Assembly (NCBI RefSeq): GCF_001194135.2
Contig: NC_068981.1
Location: 141,769,390-141,833,389, forward strand
DNA from: Octopus bimaculoides
Lineage: Eukaryota
Length of the DNA: 64,000 nt
Reading direction: 5' to 3'
Positions 54,476 through 64,000 of the stretch are shown in pieces. Below the pieces are notes generated by a model. It saw only the letters and a program-made list of their open reading frames with translations, was not told the origin of the DNA and ran no database searches. The translations under genes were made by a program, and so were the position numbers. Numbering within the stretch: position 1 is the stretch's first letter; each line of letters opens with the position of its first letter.

Positions 54476-55145
54476 AGCAACAAACAAGATGAGGACAAAT
54501 ATCCGTCAACTGTAAATAATGTAAATAATGTACAAATTACGAATATTTATTATCGGCTTGCAATATTAACCAGAAAGCATGGTAGACAAGGCAAGCATCA
54601 AACAAGTTATTTTCACAAGCAGCGTCAAAGTTGACTCAAATTTGATCAGTGGAAATGGGTTGTCTGAAACAGTGTAGAGGCACGTCACACTAACTAGACG
54701 TACAATTCAAAAGATCAACTTTGTCGTATAATATTATACTGTTTCTAGCAATGAAAAACAGTTGTGCATGAAATACTCAGTCAATCACATGCTGCTTTAA
54801 TGAAAAAGTTGTTCTGTAGATTATGACTAAGGAATATTCATTGTCGAAACCGACGAAAATCCACTTATTTTATTTCTATAATGTAAATACCTTGGAAGCT
54901 TCTTTTATTATGTAATATATATATGATGACTTATGGAAGATATCTAATATAAGATATATTAAAGATAACAAATATCGCCTATCAGAAAATTCGCTTCTTT
55001 CTAATTAGAGATTTAAATCTATTGCCTTGTATTAACACGATGTTAATAGATTGTGTGGAAAATAATATAGTAAATTTATATGTAAAGATCTAAAGGCTAT
55101 GCGTGTACAAATGTTTTAGGGATTAATATATGAAGTAGTTACTAA

Positions 55146-55998
55146 TAAGGGTCCTTTCCGTGCAAACGTATACATTTTTTTATTTACTTGGAGCTTAACT
55201 AGAAAAGGCTAATAATATTGTGCGAAGTTTGTGCTTTCATGAAGAATCACCAACATATATACGTGGAAGGAAGGTGTGTAGCGTGTGATCGTCGCAATGA
55301 TTATTGAAGACAAAGTTGGGCTGAGAACCTGCATCAAATTTTGCCAAAAGCTTGGCGATACCTGCTCAGAAGTCTACGCAAAGTTTTCAAAGACGTTTCA
55401 TCGTTCTCGACACAATCAAGGTGATTTTGTGCAACTGAAACCAGTGTGTCATTCTGGTCAACTGAGTGCAGTTTTCGCGCAAGCTTGGCAGACACGCGTC
55501 TCATATTCAAATCTTCACTGATAATGGACTGAACTGAACCGTAACTAATCTGCACATCCTTTAATAACTCACAGATGGTGAATCGACGATTTTCCCTCAC
55601 AGCTGCTCGCACATCTGTGATGTTTTCCTCAGTTCTGCTGGTTGCGGGCCGCCAAGAACGTTCATCAATATCGACATTTTTCGGCGATCTTGGAAACGTC
55701 TGAAACACTTGTATACTTGTATGAGGCTCATCCACTCCTCTTCATACACTTTCCCGCGACCTTGCGTAGGCCTCTGAGCAGGTATCACCTTGACAACTTT
55801 CTCAGACACGTTCACTGCGACGTTCACACGATACACACCTTCCTTCCAAGCGCTGCTGTAAACAGCGGAAGTGAACTAGAACGTTAAAACGTCGTGCGCA
55901 TACACAACAGTGTTCAGGATCACTCAGTGCAAAGCGGTTTTACCCTGCGTGCTTTAACTTCGATACTATAGAAACAATCTCGATACGTATTGATCATA
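55146..55998. mobile_element. Mariner remnant made of two inverted 5' ends (foldback derivative)
   Basis: Plus 55297-55392: MIIEDKVGLRTCIKFCQKLGDTCSEVYAK. Minus 55790-55385 (frameshifted): GDTCSEAYA...DERSWRPATSRTEENITDVRAAVRENRRFTICEL...SYGSVQSIISEDLNMRRVSAK. The leader tggaaggaaggtgtgta occurs at 55264 (+) and 55848 (-). Confidence 0.85.
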
Positions 55999-56239
55999 TA
56001 TATATATATANNNNNNNNNNNNNNNNNNNNNNNNNNNNNNNNNNNNNNNNNNNNNNNNNNNNNNNNNNNNNNNNNNNNNNNNNNNNNNNNNNNNNNNNNN
56101 NNNNNNNNNNNNNNNNNNNNNNNNNNNNNNNNNNNNNNNNNNNNNNNNNNNNNNNNNNNNNNNNNNNNNNNNNNNNNNNNNNNNNNNNNNNNNNNNNNNN
56201 NNNNNNNNNNNNNNNNNNNNNNNNNNNNNNNNNNNNNNN

Positions 56240-56278
<39 letters not shown>

Positions 56279-57879
56279 TTATAATCGGTAGCACAGAATG
56301 TGATTTGGTCAGCAAGGAAACTATATGAGCAGGAAGTCTTTGATAGTGGACCAACAACGCACTTAGTTTACGGGACGTCTTCATTTGAATCTCCAGCCAA
56401 TGAATCATGGACAATTTAATTCATTGTCCCATCATTATATTCAGTAAAGATAATATTAGAAGAAAAATCAATTTATTTGATTAATTATCACATGATTATC
56501 ACATCACAATGCTATTACAAATAGTCATTAATTATCATATCAATGTCCACATAGTTTAATTCAAATAATGTACCTTGTTATTTCCATTATACCAAAGCTA
56601 ATTCATGGATGGATTTGAAGTTAAAGGGAATTATCTAAACAGATTGACACACGAATTCTTTATGGTTTCTAAGTGGAAAAATTCTTTCCATAATTTTATA
56701 ACCCATTACAAACAACTCGTCTGTGGGAATCATTCGAAAATTCGAAATTCATCTTCATGTGAAGGCAGATATAGTAAAATATAATGCATGTTATGCGTTA
56801 TCATGCAGCATGATAAATTTTAATAGCAAGCAGAAGTTGTAAGATAGCATTTTGTGAAGGACTGTTGGCCCATCAAGGTCGAAAGTCTTTTCTCCTCCAT
56901 CCGCTTCGTAGAAACCAGGCAAGAATAACGAACTACTGAAAACCTCGTACGATAAGTATAGCCGATAGTAGAACGTAACTGTTTACCATATGCCACCTTA
57001 ACATTCCGAAAATTACAATGTCCCACAATACCACGCTTGAAGATTTTCTGATAACGTATCAGAACAGCATGTGCCTTGTCAAAACGCTTTACATATTCTC
57101 TCGTGATTGCTTGCCTTTTAATTTTTTTTTTTCCGAATTTCTAGAGAATATACCAATAATGTAGTCGTGTAGTGGAAAGAGTAGTGGTAGTGGTGGTGAT
57201 GGTGATTGTAGTTATTGCAGCGGTGGTGGTGGTGTTGTATGTAGTGGTTAAGTGTATGTAATGGCGGTAGTGTTGTTCTTGCTGATGCTGAGACGATGGC
57301 AGCGGTGGTAGTTTGGTTCATTTGGTGGTTGCTAGTGTGGTGTCGCTGGCGGTAGTGAGAGTTTTATGATGGAAGATGGTAGTGGCTGTATTTTGGTAAA
57401 AGAAGCGAGGGTAGATATGATGTTAAAGAAGAGGGGTCGTAATGTTTGTGATTTAGTGAATGCGACGGTGCCAAGCAATGGCTGCTGCTGATATGATGAT
57501 GGCAGTGGATGAAGGTAGTTGAGTTGGTTTGTGAGATGTAATGACGATAAAGTAGTGGAGATAGGACGAATGTGAAGGCTGATGAATGTCAGGCGATGGG
57601 ACGGACGGTGGCAGTGGATTTAGAAAGAGTGACTGTTTGACTTACCCCGGAATTTCGCGGGAATGTAATAACAGCAGTTGTGGGGGTGGAAAGTAGTACA
57701 GATGACGATGGAAGTGGATGCGGTGCGTCAAGCTACTGATTCTAGTGAAGTTCGTTATAGTTCTGATAGTGGAGTTGACGGTGGTGTTAGTGGTCGTGAC
57801 GGTGATGACGGAGATAGCCTGTAGCCTGTAATAACTAGTCACAATCGGTTCATAACAGTGATGATCATGGCAGCTGCAA

Positions 57880-57942
<63 letters not shown>

Positions 57943-57953
57943 CGGCGGTGGTG

Positions 57954-57989
<36 letters not shown>

Positions 57990-57992
57990 GTT

Positions 57993-58029
<37 letters not shown>

Positions 58030-58050
58030 TAGTAGTAGTAGTAGTAGTAG
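57880..58050. repeat. (GTA)n/(GTG)n microsatellite
   Basis: Direct reading. Confidence 0.95.
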
Positions 58051-58843
58051 GGAGAAGGGCTGGTGATGGTGGTGGTGCCGGCCGCGGGGGTGGTACACGT
58101 TATGATTCAAATCAATTTATAGACTCATACATGTATATAACATACACCTGCCTTCCAAGTTTAAAATGCTCGCTCTATTCTTCAAGAAAGTTGGAGGTTG
58201 TTATTTGTTTGTTTGCTTGTTTTTGTTTTTTTTTATGCTCACACACAACGGTAATATATTTTCCCTCATTCTTTTTCATATATAGACCCCATTGATCGTG
58301 TGATGCATTCACAACTGATACACAACATACTCTCATACATATGAACACAGAGAAAAGCAAACACTAATGTGTGCGCGTTTATGTGTGTGTGTATGTGTTT
58401 GTATGTGTGTGTGTGTCTATTTTTATATATATGGGGGATGTGTCGTGTTATGTGATGATATTACTGTATATATTTGCATATACTGTAGCAACCGAATATG
58501 TAAGTCATTAAAAATATATAGACATACAAGAGCTTTAGTTGTCCGTATGTACATATATAAGTACCTATATTAATCTATCTAGCTATCTTTGTCTCACCCT
58601 CTCCATTACTCTATGTGTGTGTGAGTGTGTGAAGAGAGAGAGAGAGGGGGCGGGAGAGAGACAGATTCATAATTATAGCTAAAACTAAGAGATACTTGAA
58701 AATAGAAAGTGACTTTTAAAACAAGTACTTAATATCTCAGGATAGATTCGTGTATATGCATAATTGCTTGTGAACACGTGATGATTTCGTTAACAAGAAA
58801 GCACAGACTGCTGTATGAGGATGATTATACGATTCGTATAGCG

Positions 58844-59050
58844 TAGTGCTCCGCAACTGGTATGCTGCGGCACACTGGTGTACCACAAGACAATGCTAGG
58901 TATGCCACATTGTAACCCGAATGTAATTTTTTTCCCCTATATATTCAGTTATGATTTTAGTTCAGGTGTTCCGCCGAATTTTGAAAAGGTCATAATTTTG
59001 AAAAGGATATAACTGTACCGCAAATGAGAAAAAAAGATTGCGGAGCACTG
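58844..59050. mobile_element. hAT-superfamily MITE (207 bp)
   Basis: 13-bp TIRs tagtgctccgcaa (58844-58856) and ttgcggagcactg (59038-59050). 8-bp TSD gtatagcg (58836-58843) and atatagcg (59051-59058). Confidence 0.85.
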
Positions 59051-59164
59051 ATATAGCGTATACATTAGAAAACGGAGTGAGCCGCGAAAGCTCTTCGAAA
59101 ATGAGCCCCAACATGGCTAAGGATAAAATAGAACTGAGCTTGAAAGGATCCAAGCATGAGTGTC

Positions 59165-59362
59165 TGCTAGAATTTAGCAATTTAGAGGGAGGGCTACGTC
59201 GATTATATCGACCCCAGTGCTTAACTGGTACTATTTTGTCGAACCCGAAAAGATGAATGGCAAAGTAGACCTCGGTGGAATTTGAACTGACAACGTAAAA
59301 TCGGAGGAAATGCTGCTAAGAATTTTTCGCAGCGTACTAACGGTTTTGTCAGCTCTCCACCT
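59165..59362 (-). mobile_element. SINE family 2, diverged
   Basis: Reverse complement aligns with 6575-6770 (gtcgattatatcgaccccagt...actggtact...gacctcggtggaatttgaact). Confidence 0.75.
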
Positions 59363-59412
59363 ACATGGTGTTATTATATTGATGAGGCAATAATCGAACT
59401 GGTGTTCTTTCA

Positions 59413-59545
59413 TCTTTTACTCTTTCCAGTCACAAGACTGAGGCCATGCTGGGGCACCACCTTGAGAAGTGTTTAGTCCAAAGAATCGACCCCTGTACAA
59501 GGTGTCACGCTGTAGGAGTGAACCTGGAACAATGGGGCTGTAAGC
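59413..59545 (-). mobile_element. SINE family 1, strongly deleted copy
   Basis: Tail (gactgaggccatgctggggcacc...atcgacccc) is fused to a head fragment (caaggtgtcacgctgtaggagtgaacctggaac). Confidence 0.7.
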
Positions 59546-59549
59546 ATTA

Positions 59550-59762
59550 GTTCCTTCCCAAGTCATATAGACACATAGGACCGGTTTCTCGGTTTCCATG
59601 GCGTATATATCCCCCACCTGGACGGGACGCCAGTCCATCGCAGGATTTTTGCCAGCTGAATTGACTAGTGCAACGTGAAATGAAGTGTTTTACTTAAGAA
59701 CATGATGCATAACCAGGTCCAGGAATCGAAACTACAATCTTACAATCATAAGTCCAACACAC
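59550..59762 (-). mobile_element. tRNA-derived SINE family 3 (Meta/V-domain-like)
   Basis: Minus strand: gtttcgattcctggacc head, tgttcttaagtaaaacacttcatttcacgttgc, then cctgcgatggactggcgtcccgtccagg, which resembles the conserved MetaSINE/V-SINE core as I recall it. Confidence 0.7.
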
Positions 59763-60214
59763 AAATCGTGAGCTGAAAATGACCACATGACCCCCTATAA
59801 AACTTTACTTCTAAAAATCTTCCGTTATTTGAAGGTCTGACTGAACCCAAACAATAACAAACATCATTTACCAAACCATCCTTTCCTCTCCACCTACATA
59901 CACAAAAACGCACGCTTACTTCCTGCTATTCTTCACCGCTGAATGTATAAGCATACACCACACCTATTTTTCATTTCTATTATTTCATCCTCCATATGAA
60001 TATCTCAGCAAAACGCTATATATGACTAGACAAAAAAATAAACATCTGTCAGATAAACACTGATAAGCCGGGATTATCACGATCTATTTTCATGATCTAT
60101 AAGTGTGTGAATGTGTGTGTTTGTGTGTGTGTAGGTAGACAGATAGATCCACACACAACCACACACACATATGCATACATATATATGGATATAATAGATA
60201 ACGGTAGTGGGTTT

Positions 60215-60305
60215 AAAATAAATAATTACTGAGGTCGATTGGTTCGACTAAAGTTCTTCAGTTCGGTGCCCCGGCATAGACGTTGTCTAATGACTGATAA
60301 AAGAT
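60215..60305 (+). mobile_element. SINE family 1 tail fragment
   Basis: gaggtcgattggttcgactaaag...ggtgccccggcat...aatgactga matches the reverse complement of the family tail. Confidence 0.6.
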
Positions 60306-60490
60306 AATATTTATAGATACATACATACATATACATATATACATGCATATATGAATATATATACATACACATACGTGCATACACATACCTAAACATGCAC
60401 ATACATGTACACGCACACACATACATACATACATACATATATATATANNNNNNNNNNNNNNNNNNNNNNNNNNNNNNNNNNNNNNNNNNN

Positions 60491-60542
<52 letters not shown>

Positions 60543-61426
60543 TCGACCTGTTACTATTTCTTTAAACATATCCGTTCGATTTTTATTTTTATGTTATAGT
60601 TTACTGCGCATATAGAGTTACATACATATATGCATGTATGTATGTATGTATGTATGTATGTATTGGCTGATATATGAGCAAATTCAAGGGTAGAGACCTA
60701 AGGGCATTTCAATGTAGGATATAGAACATTTTCTGTTATTCAGTTAGTGTAATAATCATAGCAGACGACAGGGATGGTGGATACACTAGAATGGCGTACC
60801 ATAACATATAACGTGCGTTCTTCTTCACCTCTTCCCAACATTGGACCGCATATCAGCCCCAGAACATTTGTCACGTTTACTGAGTTTCCTCCCTGTTTCA
60901 ACGGTTCAAGATTCTGGCCCAACCTTGCTTTTGTTCGACTCGGTCAGTATCCTCTAAAAACTACCGGAGTCACCACGGGAACCGGGTATTTGATCGTTCA
61001 CTTTGGCAGACTCATGTTATTCCAATACTGAGTGTTGATTCACTGATCACATCACCGTCCCTCATGTGTCCCAAACGCATATCTATCATAAAATATGGCA
61101 CTAGCAGGTGGTTACTACCAAACGTCTTATTTGTATTCACATTAATCCTCGCTTAAATTTGGTATTGCAAAGAAACCGAATTCTAACTCAACAACGCTTT
61201 ATTTTACCGAAAGATTCGGTATAGTACTCAGCATTATTATTGGAGATTTGGTCATTTGCTGAAAGCTTTTTGTTCAATATATTTCTAACTAAGCATCAAA
61301 TAATGTATTTTTGATGGCTAGAAATTTATGGACACATTAAAAGTTTGCATTGAATTTATTATAGGGTTAACAGAGATGCATATTATATCTTCAAACCACC
61401 TCATATATTGGAATAGTGTAGATTTT

Positions 61427-61471
<45 letters not shown>

Positions 61472-61482
61472 NNNNNNNNNNT

Positions 61483-61638
61483 GGGCTTCTTTCCGTTTCC
61501 GTCTACCAAATCCACTCACAAGGCTTTGGTCGGCCCGAATCTATAGTACAAGACACTTGCCCAAGTTGCTACGCAAAGGGACTGAACCCAGAACCGTGTG
61601 GCCGGTAAGGAAGCTACTTACCACACAGCCACTCCTGC
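61483..61638 (-). mobile_element. SINE family 1, 5' half after a gap
   Basis: gggcttctttccgtttccgtctaccaaatccactcacaaggc...ccacacagccactcctgc. Confidence 0.9.
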
Positions 61639-61744
61639 AACTATGTTTATGATTATCAAATGAATATAAATATTCCGTATTCATGTACGCACGTGCGTAT
61701 GTATGTATATGTATATGTTTATCTACCTATCTATTTATCTATCT

Positions 61745-61816
61745 AAAAAACTGTACAAAAACATTCTGAGGGAAGACTGTGAGGCGAAGAACCAAGAACT
61801 TTCGGACAGTAAGTAA
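61745..61816 (+). pseudogene. Probable C-terminal remnant of ORF1 of the same 5'-truncated LINE
   Basis: KKLYKNILREDCEAKNQELSDSK* ends at TAA 61814-61816, 47 nt before the ORF2 ATG. It starts abruptly after a (TATC)n-like tract. Confidence 0.45.
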
Positions 61817-61863
61817 CTCTCTCTCTCTCCTTTCGTGTGTAAAACACAAATTTTGATAGGATC

Positions 61864-64000
61864 ATGCTCAAAATAGGCAGTATAAATGTACGTGGCTTGG
61901 GGTCACCTTGAAAACAAGGGTATCTGTTAAACGACATCAAGTCCCAAAATCTGCATGTCATAGCCATCAGCGAGACCAGACTCAACAGCCCGCGGGCCCT
62001 CCAGCACATGTTCGGCGAACATTTCAACATTTATTTTTCTCCGTGTCTGCCGAGAATGGGTGGAGGAGGCACCGCGGTGCTTCTCCGGAAGAGTTTGGAC
62101 CTCAAAGTAAAAGCAATTTTCCTAGACCCTATGGTCGTCTTGGATGTTGACGGCAGCAATGGGTGTGCTTTTCGACTGATAGCAGTTTATGCAGGCCGGC
62201 CAGATTTATATCGACGTCTAGAGGTTTTCTTGGGAACGTCTCGACCTTTACTTTTAGTGGGGGATTGGAACGCTACCCTGGACACGCATCTAGATTACGC
62301 AGGCAGCGATAGCAATAGAAAGGGATACAAAAGCCTCAAAGACCTGCTCAGACGTTTCCAACTGTCTCACAGGTACCGACTAGACCACCCGAATGTGCCA
62401 ATGTGGACATGGAGTAACCGCATCGGGTCGTCCAGATCGTACTTAGATAGGGTATTCTGTAGGACAGTGGATAAGGATAGAGTAGGTTGTCCACAATTCC
62501 ACATAGTCAGCTACACAGACCACAAATTTGTCACTTGTACGCTTGACTTAGATAAGACACATAGACAGGGTCCCGGTTACTGGAAGCTGAACGCGTCGTT
62601 CACGGCACGCCAGGCTTACAGGGACCGGATTAGCACTTTAGTTAAGAGAGCATTAACGGGTGCCATCGTCAACANNNNNNNNNNNNNNNNNNNNNNNNNN
62701 NNNNNNNNNNNNNNNNNNNNNNNNNNNNNNNNNNNNNNNNNNNNNNNNNNNNNNNNNNNNNNNNNNNNNNNNNNNNNNNNNNNNNNNNNNNNNNNNNNNN
62801 NNNNNNNNNNNNNNNNNNNNNNNNNNNNNNNNNNNNNNNNNNNNNNNNNNNNNNNNNNNNNNNNNNNNNNNNNNNNNNNNNNNNNNNNNNNNNNNNNNNN
62901 NNNNNNNNNNNNNNNNNNNNNNNNNNNNNNNNNNNNNNNNNNNNNNNNNNNNNNNNNNNNNNNNNNNNNNNNNNNNNNNNNNNNNNNNNNNNNNNNNNNN
63001 NNNNNNNNNNNNNNNNNNNNNNNNNNNNNNNNNNNNNNNNGGAGACAAGTCGCCAGGCTTGGATGGTTTGCCCTACGAACTTTATTGTCATATGCCAGAT
63101 TTGTTTGGAGGCGTCTTGGCAGTTGTCTACTGCAACTGGCAGCAAAACGGGAGCATCCCCGTCTTTGTAAAGCGAGGAGCAGAGGCACTACTAAAGAAAG
63201 ACCCAAACAAGGGGAACGTCATAGATAATTTTCGGCCCATTAATCTGCTCAACGCAGATTTGAAAATTTTGGCCAAAGTGTTAGCCGAGAGGTTGGCGCT
63301 TGTCATCGAGAAACTAGTCGACAGGGCGCAGACGTGCGCCGTGCCGGGTAGGAGTATCCATGACAACCTCCATCTGATCCGCTACATCATGGACAGAGTA
63401 GTTAAGGAACCTGACATGGGTGGAGCGCTGATCAATTTGCATCAATCAAAAGCTTTCGATAGGGTAGACCATCACTACTTGGAAGCCGTCCTCATAGCGG
63501 CTGGTTTCGGNNNNNNNNNNGGTAGACCATCACTACTTGGAAGCCGTCCTCATAGCGGCTGGTTTCGGTCCCGTCTTCCGCGGTTGGATCGCTGCCTTAT
63601 ACAGCGTCATGCGCTCGGTAGTTCGCGTAAACAGTCATCTATCCAAACCCTTCGGCATCATGCATTCGGTTCGTCAAGGATGCCCCCTCTCGGCCCTTCT
63701 GTGTGTATTGACTCTTGAGCCTCTACTACGGAAGCTGGCGACGCTGAGGGGCATCCCACGAGAGCTGGGATGTGGGACGAGCGTGTCTGCATACGCGGAC
63801 GACGTCACCGTCATAGTGTCGAGCCAAAAGCACATCGAGCTGGTCGGCGAGAGACTAAAAGAATACGAAGCGGTAACGGGAGCAAAAATTAACCGGGATA
63901 AGTCAGTGGGCTTGCGGCTCGGCAACTGGAGAAGCAAGCCCATGCCGTCTAACAGCGTCTCCACTGTGGGACGCTGGACCGACGGGCCGGTTAAATTGCT
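61864..64000 (+). mobile_element. Non-LTR retrotransposon ORF2 (APE endonuclease plus reverse transcriptase), L1/Tx1-like; probably inactivated; runs off the window
   Basis: Frame from ATG 61864: MLKIGSINVRGLGSP*KQGYLLNDIKSQNLHVIAISETRL ... LLLVGDWNATLD ... WTW ... SYLDRVF ... TDHKFV ... GPGYWKLN (APE motifs). After the gap 62675-63040: KSPGLDGLPYELY, NFRPINLLNADLKILAKVLA, SKAFDRVDH, VRQGCPLS, YADD (63792-63803), GAKINRDKS. In-frame TGA at 61909-61911. Confidence 0.95.

Larger units (their letters stand above)
54031..54534. mobile_element. Palindromic (head-to-head) non-autonomous element: tRNA-like head, microsatellite, hammerhead-motif tail
   Basis: Outer inverted arms 54031-54171 and 54392-54534. 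Perfect 17-bp inner inverted repeat 54350-54366 and 54375-54391 (loop cccgtgga). Minus-strand head tggcgtcgtggttaagagcgcgggctactaaccccaaaattccgaattcgattcc has A- and B-box-like motifs. Confidence 0.8.

Noticed and set aside
57646-57820. Thr-rich minus-strand ORF ending at a gtaagt donor
   Set aside because: Embedded in decayed (GTA/GTG)n low-complexity DNA.

Overview
AT-rich, microsatellite-saturated eukaryotic draft-assembly window with 22 N-gaps. Most gaps abut simple repeats such as (TA)n or (CA)n, and most long ORFs in the track are gap or microsatellite artefacts. The dominant dispersed repeats match my recollection of Octopus (coleoid cephalopod) SINE families; this taxonomic call is inference, not a database result. 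No complete host gene is visible. Supportable content: three tRNA-headed SINE families, a young 5'-truncated Tx1/L1-like LINE at the right edge (APE endonuclease plus RT), decayed CR1/L2-like and RTE-like LINE fragments, Tc1 and mariner remnants (one folded back on itself), a hAT MITE with an 8-bp TSD, a short non-autonomous Helitron, a 172-bp palindrome and a 63-bp minisatellite. Most interesting: (1) a head-to-head palindromic element at 54.0-54.5 kb that joins a tRNA-like Pol III head to a tail carrying a minimal type I hammerhead-ribozyme motif of the Penelope-like-element kind, with further degenerate hammerhead motifs at about 21.0, 31.2 and 52.7 kb; (2) phase-compatible minus-strand exon candidates (45.2, 41.65 and 41.3 kb, followed by AATAAA) that could encode a 61-aa peptide with hydrophobic N- and C-termini.
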